Shown piece by piece: positions 47,470 through 56,644 of a DNA stretch of 64,000 bases (position 1 is the stretch's first letter; every line of letters begins with the position of its first letter). Below the pieces are notes generated by a model. It made no database searches and was not told the origin of the DNA. It saw only the letters and a list, made by a program, of their open reading frames with translations. The translations under genes were made by a program, and so were the position numbers. The stretch comes from Bacteroidota bacterium. Its GTDB lineage: Bacteria; Bacteroidota; Ignavibacteria; Palsa-1295. The DNA lies in contig JAJPIQ010000008.1 of the NCBI GenBank assembly GCA_021324685.1, forward strand, positions 47,343 to 111,342. The letters run 5' to 3'.

Positions 47470-48996
47470 ATGAAGTTTAGTGAGCAAATACCCGCTCTCC
47501 GGGGAGCGGGGCAGGACTGGCCAGACGAGATCGGCCTTCTCGACGTGTTCGGGGAGGCCGATCTCTCGAGGCCACAATACGATTCGCGGAAAATAAGGTC
47601 CGGCGATGCATTCTTCGCGATTAAAGGATTCCAGTCAGACGGTCATGGCTATATCCCACAGGCGATAGCGAATGGCGCGCGAACGATCGTACTCGAAGAG
47701 AGCGAAGCGTTTACCCGCGAAGATGCCGAGCGCGCGAATGTGGCAAGGCTCGTAGTAAAAAATTCGCGGACGGCACTTGCCGTCGCTTCCGAAGCCGCCT
47801 TCGGAAATCCGAGCTCGAAGCTGAGGATGATCGGGGTGACCGGGACGAATGGGAAAACGACGGTGACCACGCTGTTGCAGGAGTTACTACGCTCGAGCGG
47901 CGAGAAGGTCGGCCTCATTGGAACGATTGCGAACCGAATCGGGGCGGAAGCACTCCCCGCTTCCCACACGACTCCCGAATCGCGAGAACTTTCGGAACTC
48001 TTGAGCAGGATGGTCTCGGAGGGCGTAACGACGTGCGTCATGGAAGTAAGTTCTCACGCGCTTGCCCTGGAACGCGTTGCCGCACTCGATTTCGATATTG
48101 CGGTGTTTACGAACCTCACGCAGGACCATCTCGACTTTCATCGTACGATGGAAGCCTACTTTGCAGCCAAACAAAAATTATTTAATGGACTGAAAGACAC
48201 GGCGATCGCCGTCACCAACGCGGACGATCCCTTTGGTTTTGCGATGGTCGCCAATACCCTCGCGAATGTCCATTCGTATGGAATTAAAAATGAAGGCCTG
48301 CCGAACGCCGACCTTGTGGCATCGGGAATCCATTTAACGCCCGCCGGAGCAGAATTCGAGATCGGGAAACGATACTCCGAAGAACGTTCCCATTTTCGTT
48401 CGCCGCTGTTAGGGACATTCAACGTTCAAAATGTTTTAGCGGCCATTAGCGCACTCTATTTTGGAGTCGAAGGCTATTCGCTTGACGTGCTTTCGAATAA
48501 AGTCAGAAACATCTCTGCTCCTCGCGGCCGGCTGGACCGCATCCCGTTGAAGAACGGTGCGATTGCGGTCATCGATTATGCCCACACGCCCGATGCGCTT
48601 CGGAATATCCTCGAAACGCTGAAGAGTCTCCCTCATAAAAGGCTTCTTACCGTTTTCGGCTGCGGAGGGGATCGAGATCACGGCAAACGACCGCAAATGG
48701 GCGAAATAGCGGTAAATTTATCCGATTTTGTCATCATTACCAGCGATAATCCCCGGTCTGAAGACCCGAGTACTATAATAGAGGATATTCTGGCAGGGAT
48801 TCCAAAGAATATGCGGAGTAAGGTCGGGCTTGAGCCTGATCGCAAAAACGCGATCGAACTTGCGCTTTCCAGAGCGAATGACGGCGATATGATACTTATT
48901 GCCGGGAAGGGGCATGAAAATTACCAGATTTTTGGCTCCGAACGGCGCCATTTCGACGATCGCGAGGAAGTGCTCCGTTTTAATAATAGCCACTAA
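47470..48996 (+). CDS. murE: UDP-N-acetylmuramoyl-L-alanyl-D-glutamate--2,6-diaminopimelate ligase
   Basis: 508 aa. Mur ligase motif GVTGTNGKTTVTTL, DHLDFH, and a C-terminal domain. Confidence 0.9.
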   Translation: MKFSEQIPALRGAGQDWPDEIGLLDVFGEADLSRPQYDSRKIRSGDAFFAIKGFQSDGHGYIPQAIANGARTIVLEESEAFTREDAERANVARLVVKNSRTALAVASEAAFGNPSSKLRMIGVTGTNGKTTVTTLLQELLRSSGEKVGLIGTIANRIGAEALPASHTTPESRELSELLSRMVSEGVTTCVMEVSSHALALERVAALDFDIAVFTNLTQDHLDFHRTMEAYFAAKQKLFNGLKDTAIAVTNADDPFGFAMVANTLANVHSYGIKNEGLPNADLVASGIHLTPAGAEFEIGKRYSEERSHFRSPLLGTFNVQNVLAAISALYFGVEGYSLDVLSNKVRNISAPRGRLDRIPLKNGAIAVIDYAHTPDALRNILETLKSLPHKRLLTVFGCGGDRDHGKRPQMGEIAVNLSDFVIITSDNPRSEDPSTIIEDILAGIPKNMRSKVGLEPDRKNAIELALSRANDGDMILIAGKGHENYQIFGSERRHFDDREEVLRFNNSH

Positions 48997-49110
48997 AATA
49001 AAGGTTCTTCAGGGATTGCTCCCGGGCGTGGGCACTGTTACATGCTCGTTCTGCTCCTTCTTGTGCGGACCCGCGGAAGAGCTTTCGATAACGAATTTTT
49101 TTGACTTGAC

Positions 49111-50529
49111 TTGAATATTACCGTTCAGGACCTCATGACTTTGGCTCACAGCCATGAAATCGGCGTCGAGCAGCTTGGGCGTCTGCGAACCTTTCGCGAT
49201 ATCTCGACCGATTCGCGGACGCTAAAACGCGATGACCTTTTCGTGGCGCTCAGTGGTCCGAATTTCGATGGGCATCAATATCTGTCCCAGGTCGCGAAGG
49301 AAGGGGCCGCTGCGGCGGTCGTGAGCGAACGGTGGTTTGCAATGCAAAAATCGAAAGCTCATCCATTGCCGATCTTTGTTGTCAAAAGTCCTATTCACAC
49401 TCTTGGCGAGTTGGCAAGAGTGTATCGAAAGAAGTTCAATATTCCTGTGATCGCAATTGCAGGATCGAATGGAAAAACGACAACGAAAGAACTTATTGCG
49501 CATGTGTTGTCGGGCACGATGGGAGTTTTGAAGACAGAAGCAAATTTCAACAATCAGGTTGGCGTGCCCCACATGTTATTCCAACTTCGGGACGGACACG
49601 AGGTCGCGGTGCTCGAGATCGGGACCAACCATCCCGGGGAGATCGCATGGCTTTGCGAAATTGCAGAACCGACTCACGTGCTGATCACAAACATTGGGCG
49701 TGAGCACCTTGAATTTTTCAAGGACCTGAAAGGCGTCGCGAAAGAAGAAAAAGCGGCGTTCGACTACGCGCTCGAGCACCATGGGTTTGCATTTGTCAAT
49801 ACCGACGATCCGTTTCTGGAACCGGCGGCAAATAAATTCGGGGACCGTGCTGTGACCTATGGCCAGGGACGTGCCGATCGCAACCGGTTTGTTCATGCCT
49901 ACAAAGTTGGATACTCCAAAGATGGACGTATGGAGCTTCGGGTTGCGTGTGAAGACAAGTCGTTTCGAATTCGAACGCACCTTATTGCCGATTACACACC
50001 GAATCTTATCGCGTCGGCCGTCGCCGTGGGTCTGCACTTTAAAATGCGGCGCGCGGAGATCAAATCGCAGCTCGAAATTTTTCGGCCACACTCCAAACGG
50101 CTTGAAATTGTTCACATCGATGGCTTCACGGTGCTGAACGATGCGTACAATGCGAACCCCGATTCGATGGAATCGGCACTCCGGACATTGAAAGAATTTC
50201 CTGCGGAGGGCAGAAAATTTGCTGTGTTGGGAGATATGCTGGAATTGGGAACGACCTCCTCTCGAGAACATCGGGCCATCGGACTCATAGCGGCGAAATT
50301 CCGACTTGCGAGAGTGTTTTTTACCGGCAAGGATATGAAACTTGCCTCGAAAGCCTATAGCCTGGCATCCGGAAAATCGAACGGTGCCGCGAAGCCATCG
50401 TATTTCTCTAAAAAGAGCGATCTTGTAACTTCACTTCGAGAAGTGCTCCGTCCGGGCGATGCGGTCCTGATCAAAGGATCGCGCGGCATGAAGATGGAAG
50501 AAGTGATCGATCTCCTGCAAAAGGGATAA
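49111..50529 (+). CDS. murF: UDP-N-acetylmuramoyl-tripeptide--D-alanyl-D-alanine ligase
   Basis: 472 aa. AIAGSNGKTTTKELIAHVL and Mur ligase central and C-terminal domains. Confidence 0.9.
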   Translation: MNITVQDLMTLAHSHEIGVEQLGRLRTFRDISTDSRTLKRDDLFVALSGPNFDGHQYLSQVAKEGAAAAVVSERWFAMQKSKAHPLPIFVVKSPIHTLGELARVYRKKFNIPVIAIAGSNGKTTTKELIAHVLSGTMGVLKTEANFNNQVGVPHMLFQLRDGHEVAVLEIGTNHPGEIAWLCEIAEPTHVLITNIGREHLEFFKDLKGVAKEEKAAFDYALEHHGFAFVNTDDPFLEPAANKFGDRAVTYGQGRADRNRFVHAYKVGYSKDGRMELRVACEDKSFRIRTHLIADYTPNLIASAVAVGLHFKMRRAEIKSQLEIFRPHSKRLEIVHIDGFTVLNDAYNANPDSMESALRTLKEFPAEGRKFAVLGDMLELGTTSSREHRAIGLIAAKFRLARVFFTGKDMKLASKAYSLASGKSNGAAKPSYFSKKSDLVTSLREVLRPGDAVLIKGSRGMKMEEVIDLLQKG

Positions 50530-50572
50530 TCGTGGAGTAGAAAAAAGTTAACGCCTGCTCTTAATTTTCGAC

Positions 50573-51700
50573 GTGTTTTATTATCTATTCAACTGGATCA
50601 ATCGCGCGTTCAGCCCACCGGGAGGCGATTTATTTCGCTACCTGACGGTTCGCAGTGCGCTGGCCGCTATTTCGGCGCTCGCTCTTAGCTTATGGAGCGG
50701 TCCGCGAGTTATTCAACGCTTGCGCGAGCTTCAGATCGGCGAGCAGGGGAAAGTGGAAGCTCCGAAGCAGCACCTGGCAAAAGCCGGAACGCCGACGATG
50801 GGGGGCGTCATTATTCTCATTGCGGTCCTTATTCCGACCCTCCTCTGGGCCGACCTCGGGAATTTATTCATTGTCCTTATCTTGCTTGCGACCCTCTTGT
50901 TGGGAGGGGTCGGATTTCTGGACGATTACCTGAAAGTCGTTAAGAAAAAAAGAAAAGGGCTCATTGGGCGCTATAAAATTCTGGGACAAATATTGGTCGG
51001 ATTAGTCATTGCGCTGACGATCTATTTTTCGCCGACGCTCTTCCGTTATGCGGGGGTCGATATTCGGACGGCAACAACGGTCCCGTTTTTTAAAGACCTG
51101 GTGTTCGAGTTCGGTCCGGTGCTCTATGTTCTGTTCGTCATTTTCGTGATCACGGCAACTTCCAATGCCGTAAATCTTACAGACGGGTTAGATGGCCTGA
51201 GCGCTGGAACGGTCGCAATCGCCTTCATACCGATCGGGGCGATCGCTTATTTCTCCGGGAACCTGCAGCTCAGCGATTATCTGAATATTCCGTATTTAAA
51301 AGGAGCGGGTGAACTCACCGTGTTTTGCTCGGCCCTGGTCGGCGGAGCGCTTGGATTTTTATGGTACAATGCCCATCCTGCGGAAGTGTTTATGGGCGAT
51401 ACCGGCTCGCTCGCGCTCGGCGGCGCGATGGGAACGATGATGGTCCTGTGCAAAAAAGAATTCGTGCTCCCGATCGTGGGCGGGATCTTTTTCCTGGAGT
51501 CGATCTCGGTGATCTTACAGACCGGTTATTTTAAATTTTCTCGAAAGATGTATGGGGAAGGCCGGCGTATTTTCCGGATGGCGCCGTTGCACCACCATTT
51601 CGAACTCTGTGGCTGGGCCGAGTCGAAGATCGTAACACGCGCATATATTGCCGCGATCATCCTCGCGATCCTCGCGCTGACCACCTTTAAAGTCCGCTAA
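50573..51700 (+). CDS. mraY: Phospho-N-acetylmuramoyl-pentapeptide-transferase
   Basis: 375 aa polytopic. NAVNLTDGLDGL and FMGDTGSLALGG motifs. Confidence 0.9.
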   Translation: MFYYLFNWINRAFSPPGGDLFRYLTVRSALAAISALALSLWSGPRVIQRLRELQIGEQGKVEAPKQHLAKAGTPTMGGVIILIAVLIPTLLWADLGNLFIVLILLATLLLGGVGFLDDYLKVVKKKRKGLIGRYKILGQILVGLVIALTIYFSPTLFRYAGVDIRTATTVPFFKDLVFEFGPVLYVLFVIFVITATSNAVNLTDGLDGLSAGTVAIAFIPIGAIAYFSGNLQLSDYLNIPYLKGAGELTVFCSALVGGALGFLWYNAHPAEVFMGDTGSLALGGAMGTMMVLCKKEFVLPIVGGIFFLESISVILQTGYFKFSRKMYGEGRRIFRMAPLHHHFELCGWAESKIVTRAYIAAIILAILALTTFKVR

Positions 51701-51740
51701 GGACCGCAGGAGCGCATCGCCATGCGCCCGACCGAACGCT

Positions 51741-53111
51741 ATGCAAGTCAGGGGTAAACGCTTTTCTATCTTAGGTGCCGGAAAGTCCGGCCTTGCGGTT
51801 GCGCGTTTGCTAAAGACGCGAAGGGCTAAAGTCTTCATCTCCGAAAAAGGAAAGCAATCCAAGTTCGAAGGCGCGGCAAAGGAATTAGAAGAGATCGGTG
51901 TCGAATATGAATTCGGCGATAACACGCACCGCGTTTTGGAGGGCGATTACGTCGTCATAAGCCCCGGCGTTCCGCTCGATGCCCCGATCCTAAAGCTTGC
52001 CCGCGAGAAAGGAATTAAAATTTTAAGTGAGATCGAGGTCGCCTTCGACGAGTGCGAAGCGCCCGTCGTTGCAATCACCGGGACGAATGGAAAAACGACG
52101 ACGACAACCCTCGTCGGAGAGATATTTAAGAAAGCAGGATGGGACACCTTCGTTGCCGGCAATATCGGGCTGGCATTTTCTCAAATTGTCGATGAGGCAA
52201 ATTCGGCGCATCGTTCCGAAAATTCAAAGACGGTTGTCGTGCTCGAAGTCTCGAGCTTTCAGCTCGATGCGATCGATGAATTTCGTCCGAAGGTATCGGC
52301 ACTGCTCAATATCACGCCCGACCATTTGGACCGCTACAAAAATTACGAGGCGTACATTCAGGCGAAGTACCGCATCGTCGAGAACCAGAAGGGCCACGAT
52401 ATTTTCGTCTATAATCACGATGACGAGAACGTCCGCAATTGCGCCGACACGGTGAATATCCGCACGCTTGGGTTTTCCCTGAACGAAGAGACAAAGCAGG
52501 GAGCTTTTCTTTCGGGAGACGATGTCGTCCTTCGCATCGGTCGCGAAAAAGAGACCTTGATAAACCGGAATGAAATTGGGATCCCCGGACCGCACAACCT
52601 CATGAACGCCATGGCCGCCGCGCTGATGACGCGTGCCATGGGGGTCGAATTCGAAGCGATCCGCGAAACGTTGCGGGCGTTCAAAGGCGTCGAGCATCGC
52701 ATCGAATTCGTGCGGGAGCTAAATGGCGTGAAATATTACAACGACTCGAAAGCGACCAACGTCGATTCGGTCTATTATGCGCTGGGAAGTTTCAAGGAGC
52801 CGATCGTGATCATTCTTGGCGGCAAAGACAAGGGCAACGATTATTCGCAGATCGCGGAGCTTGTGAAGGAACATGTGAAAGCAATAGTGACCGTCGGCAA
52901 AGGCGCGGAGAAAGTCGAGAAGTTTTTCAAGGAGATGAAGCCGATCTATTCCGCCGGAATGTCCATGGACGAAGCCGTGCGTTTAGCCAAAGAGGCCGCC
53001 GCGCCGGGAGATGTGGTACTTCTTTCGCCCGCCTGCGCCAGCTTCGATATGTTCGATAATTACGAGCATCGGGGGAAGGTGTTTAAGGAATTGGTGTGCA
53101 GCCTGAAATAG
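51741..53111 (+). CDS. murD: UDP-N-acetylmuramoylalanine--D-glutamate ligase
   Basis: 456 aa. ILGAGKSGLAVARLL and ITGTNGKTTTTTLVGEI motifs. Confidence 0.9.
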   Translation: MQVRGKRFSILGAGKSGLAVARLLKTRRAKVFISEKGKQSKFEGAAKELEEIGVEYEFGDNTHRVLEGDYVVISPGVPLDAPILKLAREKGIKILSEIEVAFDECEAPVVAITGTNGKTTTTTLVGEIFKKAGWDTFVAGNIGLAFSQIVDEANSAHRSENSKTVVVLEVSSFQLDAIDEFRPKVSALLNITPDHLDRYKNYEAYIQAKYRIVENQKGHDIFVYNHDDENVRNCADTVNIRTLGFSLNEETKQGAFLSGDDVVLRIGREKETLINRNEIGIPGPHNLMNAMAAALMTRAMGVEFEAIRETLRAFKGVEHRIEFVRELNGVKYYNDSKATNVDSVYYALGSFKEPIVIILGGKDKGNDYSQIAELVKEHVKAIVTVGKGAEKVEKFFKEMKPIYSAGMSMDEAVRLAKEAAAPGDVVLLSPACASFDMFDNYEHRGKVFKELVCSLK

Positions 53112-53112
53112 T

Positions 53113-53511
53113 ATGAAGCAACCGTTACTTGTATTTTTGTACGTTTTGATTTTCGTTGCAATCTGTTTCGGAGTTTACTTCCTTATTGCGTTTATCACGG
53201 GTAAATTTATTCGAAGGAAGGCTATTCGCATATTGGTCGCAGTTCCACTTAGTATTCTTATTTGTGTGCTCGGAATGTGGTTTTTGGGGACCGAGCCGGA
53301 AAATAGCGTGACTGCTCAAAAATATATTTCTGGAAGTCCTGCTCAAGTCGATAGCATTGTGGGGAAAACTCGAAGTGAGACACGTAGCTTGTTAGGAGAC
53401 CCTACAGATTCTGTAGAGAATGAGTATTATTATGGTATAGCTCGTCACGAAGGAATTTCCGTCGAGTTTGAAAACGGAAAGGTTTACAAAGTTTATCATA
53501 CTGGAAGGTAA
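53113..53511 (+). CDS. Small hypothetical membrane protein inserted between murD and ftsW (low-GC)
   Basis: 132 aa. Two TM helices (LLVFLYVLIFVAICFGVYFLIAFI; ILVAVPLSILICVLGMWFLG). Start is 1 nt after the murD stop. AT-rich relative to the dcw genes. Confidence 0.5.
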   Translation: MKQPLLVFLYVLIFVAICFGVYFLIAFITGKFIRRKAIRILVAVPLSILICVLGMWFLGTEPENSVTAQKYISGSPAQVDSIVGKTRSETRSLLGDPTDSVENEYYYGIARHEGISVEFENGKVYKVYHTGR

Positions 53512-53567
53512 ACACAACTGTTAAAAAATATCGCCCTTTTAGGGCATTGGAATTTTAATGCACTGCT

Positions 53568-53725
53568 AACCCAGGGCTTCGTCCGCATTCGCGGACTGCG
53601 CCCTGGGCTGCGAGTACACCGTGCCTACGGCACTAAGGAATTGCGGCAATGGGAATTTATCAAAAATTAGCCACGAAGTGGCGAAGTACTCGCAGCCCAG
53701 GGTGAAGCGAAGCGCAACCCTGGGT
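53568..53725. repeat. Cluster of nested hairpins / inverted repeats in the dcw insertion (X1 53568-53617 and inverted X2 53686-53725 share ends acccaggg...ccctgggctgcgagtac; inner hairpin gtccgcATTCgcggac)
   Basis: The inner hairpin at 53581-53596 shares the CCGC-GAAT/ATTC-GCGG core with the GIY-YIG-associated hairpins. Additional palindromes gtgcctacggcac (53621-53633) and ccacgaagtgg (53671-53681). Confidence 0.6.
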
Positions 53726-53776
53726 AAAATGACGAATAGATTTTTTATGGCCCTGTAAGGGCGATGTTAAACCGAA

Positions 53777-54370
53777 ATGAAACCAAAACGAACCGCCGAC
53801 CTGAGCCTGTTTTTGACCGTGACCGGTCTTTTGCTCGGTTCGGTTAGTTCTCTCGCTGTTGCACAAAAGAATCGGGCAATAGTATCTCACGATAGTACAG
53901 ATCACGAATTTTTGCCGATCACTCAGAATCCCGACTTCATCTTGCCGATGGACGACCCGGAAGATGATTCAAATTATGATTATGGGACACAGGCTGCTTT
54001 GAATGGACTGGCAGGTGAATATTCTCGTAAGGTTGATTCGATGCTGAACACCGTCTATAAAGCAATATTGAGTAAGTATAGCGTGGATACTGAATTTATT
54101 CGATACTTTAAGAGAGCCGAAGCCGCCTGGATAATATATAGAGATGCCGAAATGTTGGCGATTATTCCACCTATTGAACCACCGGATGTCCATGGCTCCA
54201 TGGAAAGCATGTGCTACAGTGAATACCGAGTCTCGCTTACTCGAGAACGAATAAGCGAATTGCTGATGTGGCTAAACGTCGATCCGATGAACCAGACGGG
54301 ATGCGATACTTTTTATCCTGATGATTTATTACAATCAATGCGAGGCCAAAAAAATCAAAGAAAAGAATGA
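53777..54370 (+). CDS. Secreted DUF1311/LprI-like (lysozyme-inhibitor-like) protein whose first 20 codons duplicate the 5' end of ftsW
   Basis: 197 aa. MKPKRTADLSLFLTVTGLLLGSVSSLAVAQ. nt 53776-53837 are ~97% identical to 54366-54427 (the ftsW start). LNTVYKAILSKYS...RAEAAWIIYRDAEML...HGSMESMCYSEYRVSLTRERISELL fits the DUF1311 pattern (Y...L...QRAWI.YRDA.C....GGS....C......R..EL). Its stop overlaps the ftsW ATG (ATGA). Confidence 0.6.
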   Translation: MKPKRTADLSLFLTVTGLLLGSVSSLAVAQKNRAIVSHDSTDHEFLPITQNPDFILPMDDPEDDSNYDYGTQAALNGLAGEYSRKVDSMLNTVYKAILSKYSVDTEFIRYFKRAEAAWIIYRDAEMLAIIPPIEPPDVHGSMESMCYSEYRVSLTRERISELLMWLNVDPMNQTGCDTFYPDDLLQSMRGQKNQRKE

Positions 54371-55539
54371 AACCCAAACGGACCGCCGACCTGAGCCTGT
54401 TTTTGACCGTGACCGGTCTTTTGCTCGCAAGCCTGGCGTTCGTGTACTCGGCAAGCGCCTCGTTCAGCGCGGTGAAGATGGGCGCGAGCGAGTCGATGCT
54501 CTTCAATCACGCAAAGAAAGTGTTCCTGTCGCTCGTCGCGATGATCGTCTTCACGAAGATCGACTACCATAAATTCGAAAAGCAGACGAAATGGATCATG
54601 ATCTCCTCGCTCTTTCTGCTGGTGGCCGTGCTCTTTATCGGGACGCGGGAACTCGGCGCGCGGCGCTGGCTGGCGCTTGGGCCGTTCAGCTTTCAACCGG
54701 CGGAGTTCGCAAAGTTCGCACTCGTGCTGCATGTGGCAGCGCTCTGCGCGGCAAAGCAGGAGATCATCGGTAACTTCAAGAAAGCATTCCTTCCCATTGT
54801 CTTTTGGGCGATCGCCGCCGCGGCGCTGATCGCGAAGCAGCCGAACATGTCCACGGCAAGCGTGCTCATGGTGATCGCATTTGCGATCATGTATATTGCG
54901 CAGGTGCCGCTGAAGTATATGCTGACGAGTGGCGCCCTGGCCCTGTTTGGAGGCGGGCTCTTCGCGCTGACGGCAAGTTACCGCGTTCAGCGCATGCTGG
55001 CGTTCGTTGGGCATCACACCCAGCATACATCGCAGGTCGCATATCAGACGGACCAGGCGCTCATTGCCTTCGGCAATGGCGGACTGTTCGGGGTCGGCAT
55101 CGGGCAGTCGCGGCAAAGCCTGTTTTTCCTTCCTGAGTCCTACGGGGACTTCATTTATTCGGTGATCGGTGAAGAATATGGATTCATCGGCGCGATCCTG
55201 CTCCTGGTCGTCTTCGGATTCATCGTCATTCGCGGCATTCAAATTGCAAAACATGCTCCCGATGCATTCGGACGCTACACGGCCTTCGGAATTACGATGA
55301 CCCTTGCCCTGTACGTTACGATCAATGCGTTCGTGAATGTTGGGCTCCTGCCGGTCACGGGACTGCCGATGCCATTCGTAAGCTATGGGGGCACGAGCAT
55401 GATCTTCAGCGCCGCGGCCATGGGAATTTTACTCAATATCTCGAAATACGCCGTGACGCTCCCGAGGGCACCTCGGGTGACGATCGCGGAGCGCCTCTTG
55501 CGCATCGTAAAACCACCAGAACAGGAAGCCATTGCCTAA
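54367..55539 (+). CDS. ftsW: Peptidoglycan glycosyltransferase FtsW (SEDS family)
   Basis: 390 aa, ~10 TM helices. SEDS motifs (…PAEFAKFALVLHVAAL…, …GLLPVTGLPMPFVSYGGTSM…). Canonical position. Confidence 0.85.
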   Translation: MKPKRTADLSLFLTVTGLLLASLAFVYSASASFSAVKMGASESMLFNHAKKVFLSLVAMIVFTKIDYHKFEKQTKWIMISSLFLLVAVLFIGTRELGARRWLALGPFSFQPAEFAKFALVLHVAALCAAKQEIIGNFKKAFLPIVFWAIAAAALIAKQPNMSTASVLMVIAFAIMYIAQVPLKYMLTSGALALFGGGLFALTASYRVQRMLAFVGHHTQHTSQVAYQTDQALIAFGNGGLFGVGIGQSRQSLFFLPESYGDFIYSVIGEEYGFIGAILLLVVFGFIVIRGIQIAKHAPDAFGRYTAFGITMTLALYVTINAFVNVGLLPVTGLPMPFVSYGGTSMIFSAAAMGILLNISKYAVTLPRAPRVTIAERLLRIVKPPEQEAIA

Positions 55540-56635
55540 GAATACCATCATCATCGCGGCCGGCGGGACCGGGGGCCATCTCTATCCTGCGCTGGCCGTG
55601 GCCGAGCTGATTCGCGAACAACGGCCCGATGTCCGGATGGTGTTCGTCGGAACGAAAGATCGGATCGAATCGAAAGAAGTTCCTAAAGCGGGATTTCCGT
55701 TCCATCCGATCGATATCCAGGCGCCGCGCAAATCGATGGCCTCGCTGGTCGTGTTCCCCTTCCGATTTACCAAAGCGTTGTTCGACTGCCTCGGGCTCAT
55801 GTCGAGGGAGCGGCCGATCGCCATGTTGGGGGCCGGGGCGTATTTAAGTGTACCCGTGGGACTCGCCGCCTGGGCGTTCCATGTGCCGATCGCGCTTTTG
55901 GAGATCAATTCCGTTCCCGGGACCGCGAATACGTTTCTGGCGAGGTTGGCGGATAAATTATTCCTCGCGTATCGGGAAGCCGCCGCACGTTTTGTACCAC
56001 GAGTGTCGAGTTCCGCGACCGTATGTGGAACTCCAGTGCGTGCAGGCCTCGGGGCGCCGCGCTTTTCGAAAGAAGAAGCCCGGACCGCGTTTGGCCTCGA
56101 GGCCTCGCGCACATCGATCCTCGTTTTTGGCGGCTCGCTCGGCGCGAGGCCGATCAATGAAGCCATGCGGTCATCCGTGCAGGAGTTCAACGCGCATGGA
56201 TATAATGTCCTCTGGCAAACAGGAAAATCTGCTAATGTGACGGAGCTCCAAAAAGAGTTTTCCGGCCTTGCGAACGTTTGCATTCGCGAGTATATTTATG
56301 AGATGGAGCAAGCGTATCGCGCCGCCGATTTAGTCGTCTGTCGCGCTGGCGCTTCCTCGCTTGCAGAACTTGCTCGGCTTGGTAAGCCCGCCGTGCTGGT
56401 ACCATGGTCCGGAGCCATGGCGAACCACCAGGAGCACAATGCCCGGGCCTTCGAAGAGACCGGTGCGGCACTCGTTTTGCGTGACGATGAGGTTCGCTCG
56501 AAACTTGCGAAAACCGTTCTCGATGTTTTACGCCAACCGCGCGAGCTCGAGCGAATGTCGGAAGCGATGAAACGGTGTGACCACCCCGATGCCGCGGCGA
56601 TTGTGGCTGAATGGTTGCTCGGCCGGAAGCGTTAA
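55532..56635 (+). CDS. murG: UDP-N-acetylglucosamine--N-acetylmuramyl-(pentapeptide) pyrophosphoryl-undecaprenol GlcNAc transferase
   Basis: 367 aa. IIAAGGTGGHLYPALAV N-terminus and GT-B C-terminal domain (…VCRAGASSLAELARLGKPAVLVP…). Confidence 0.9.
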   Translation: MPKNTIIIAAGGTGGHLYPALAVAELIREQRPDVRMVFVGTKDRIESKEVPKAGFPFHPIDIQAPRKSMASLVVFPFRFTKALFDCLGLMSRERPIAMLGAGAYLSVPVGLAAWAFHVPIALLEINSVPGTANTFLARLADKLFLAYREAAARFVPRVSSSATVCGTPVRAGLGAPRFSKEEARTAFGLEASRTSILVFGGSLGARPINEAMRSSVQEFNAHGYNVLWQTGKSANVTELQKEFSGLANVCIREYIYEMEQAYRAADLVVCRAGASSLAELARLGKPAVLVPWSGAMANHQEHNARAFEETGAALVLRDDEVRSKLAKTVLDVLRQPRELERMSEAMKRCDHPDAAAIVAEWLLGRKR

Positions 56636-56644
56636 GAAAATTCG

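Noticed and set aside
54355-55254. 299-aa minus-strand ORF
   Set aside because: Antisense to ftsW. Extremely Arg/His/Asp-rich, not a plausible protein.
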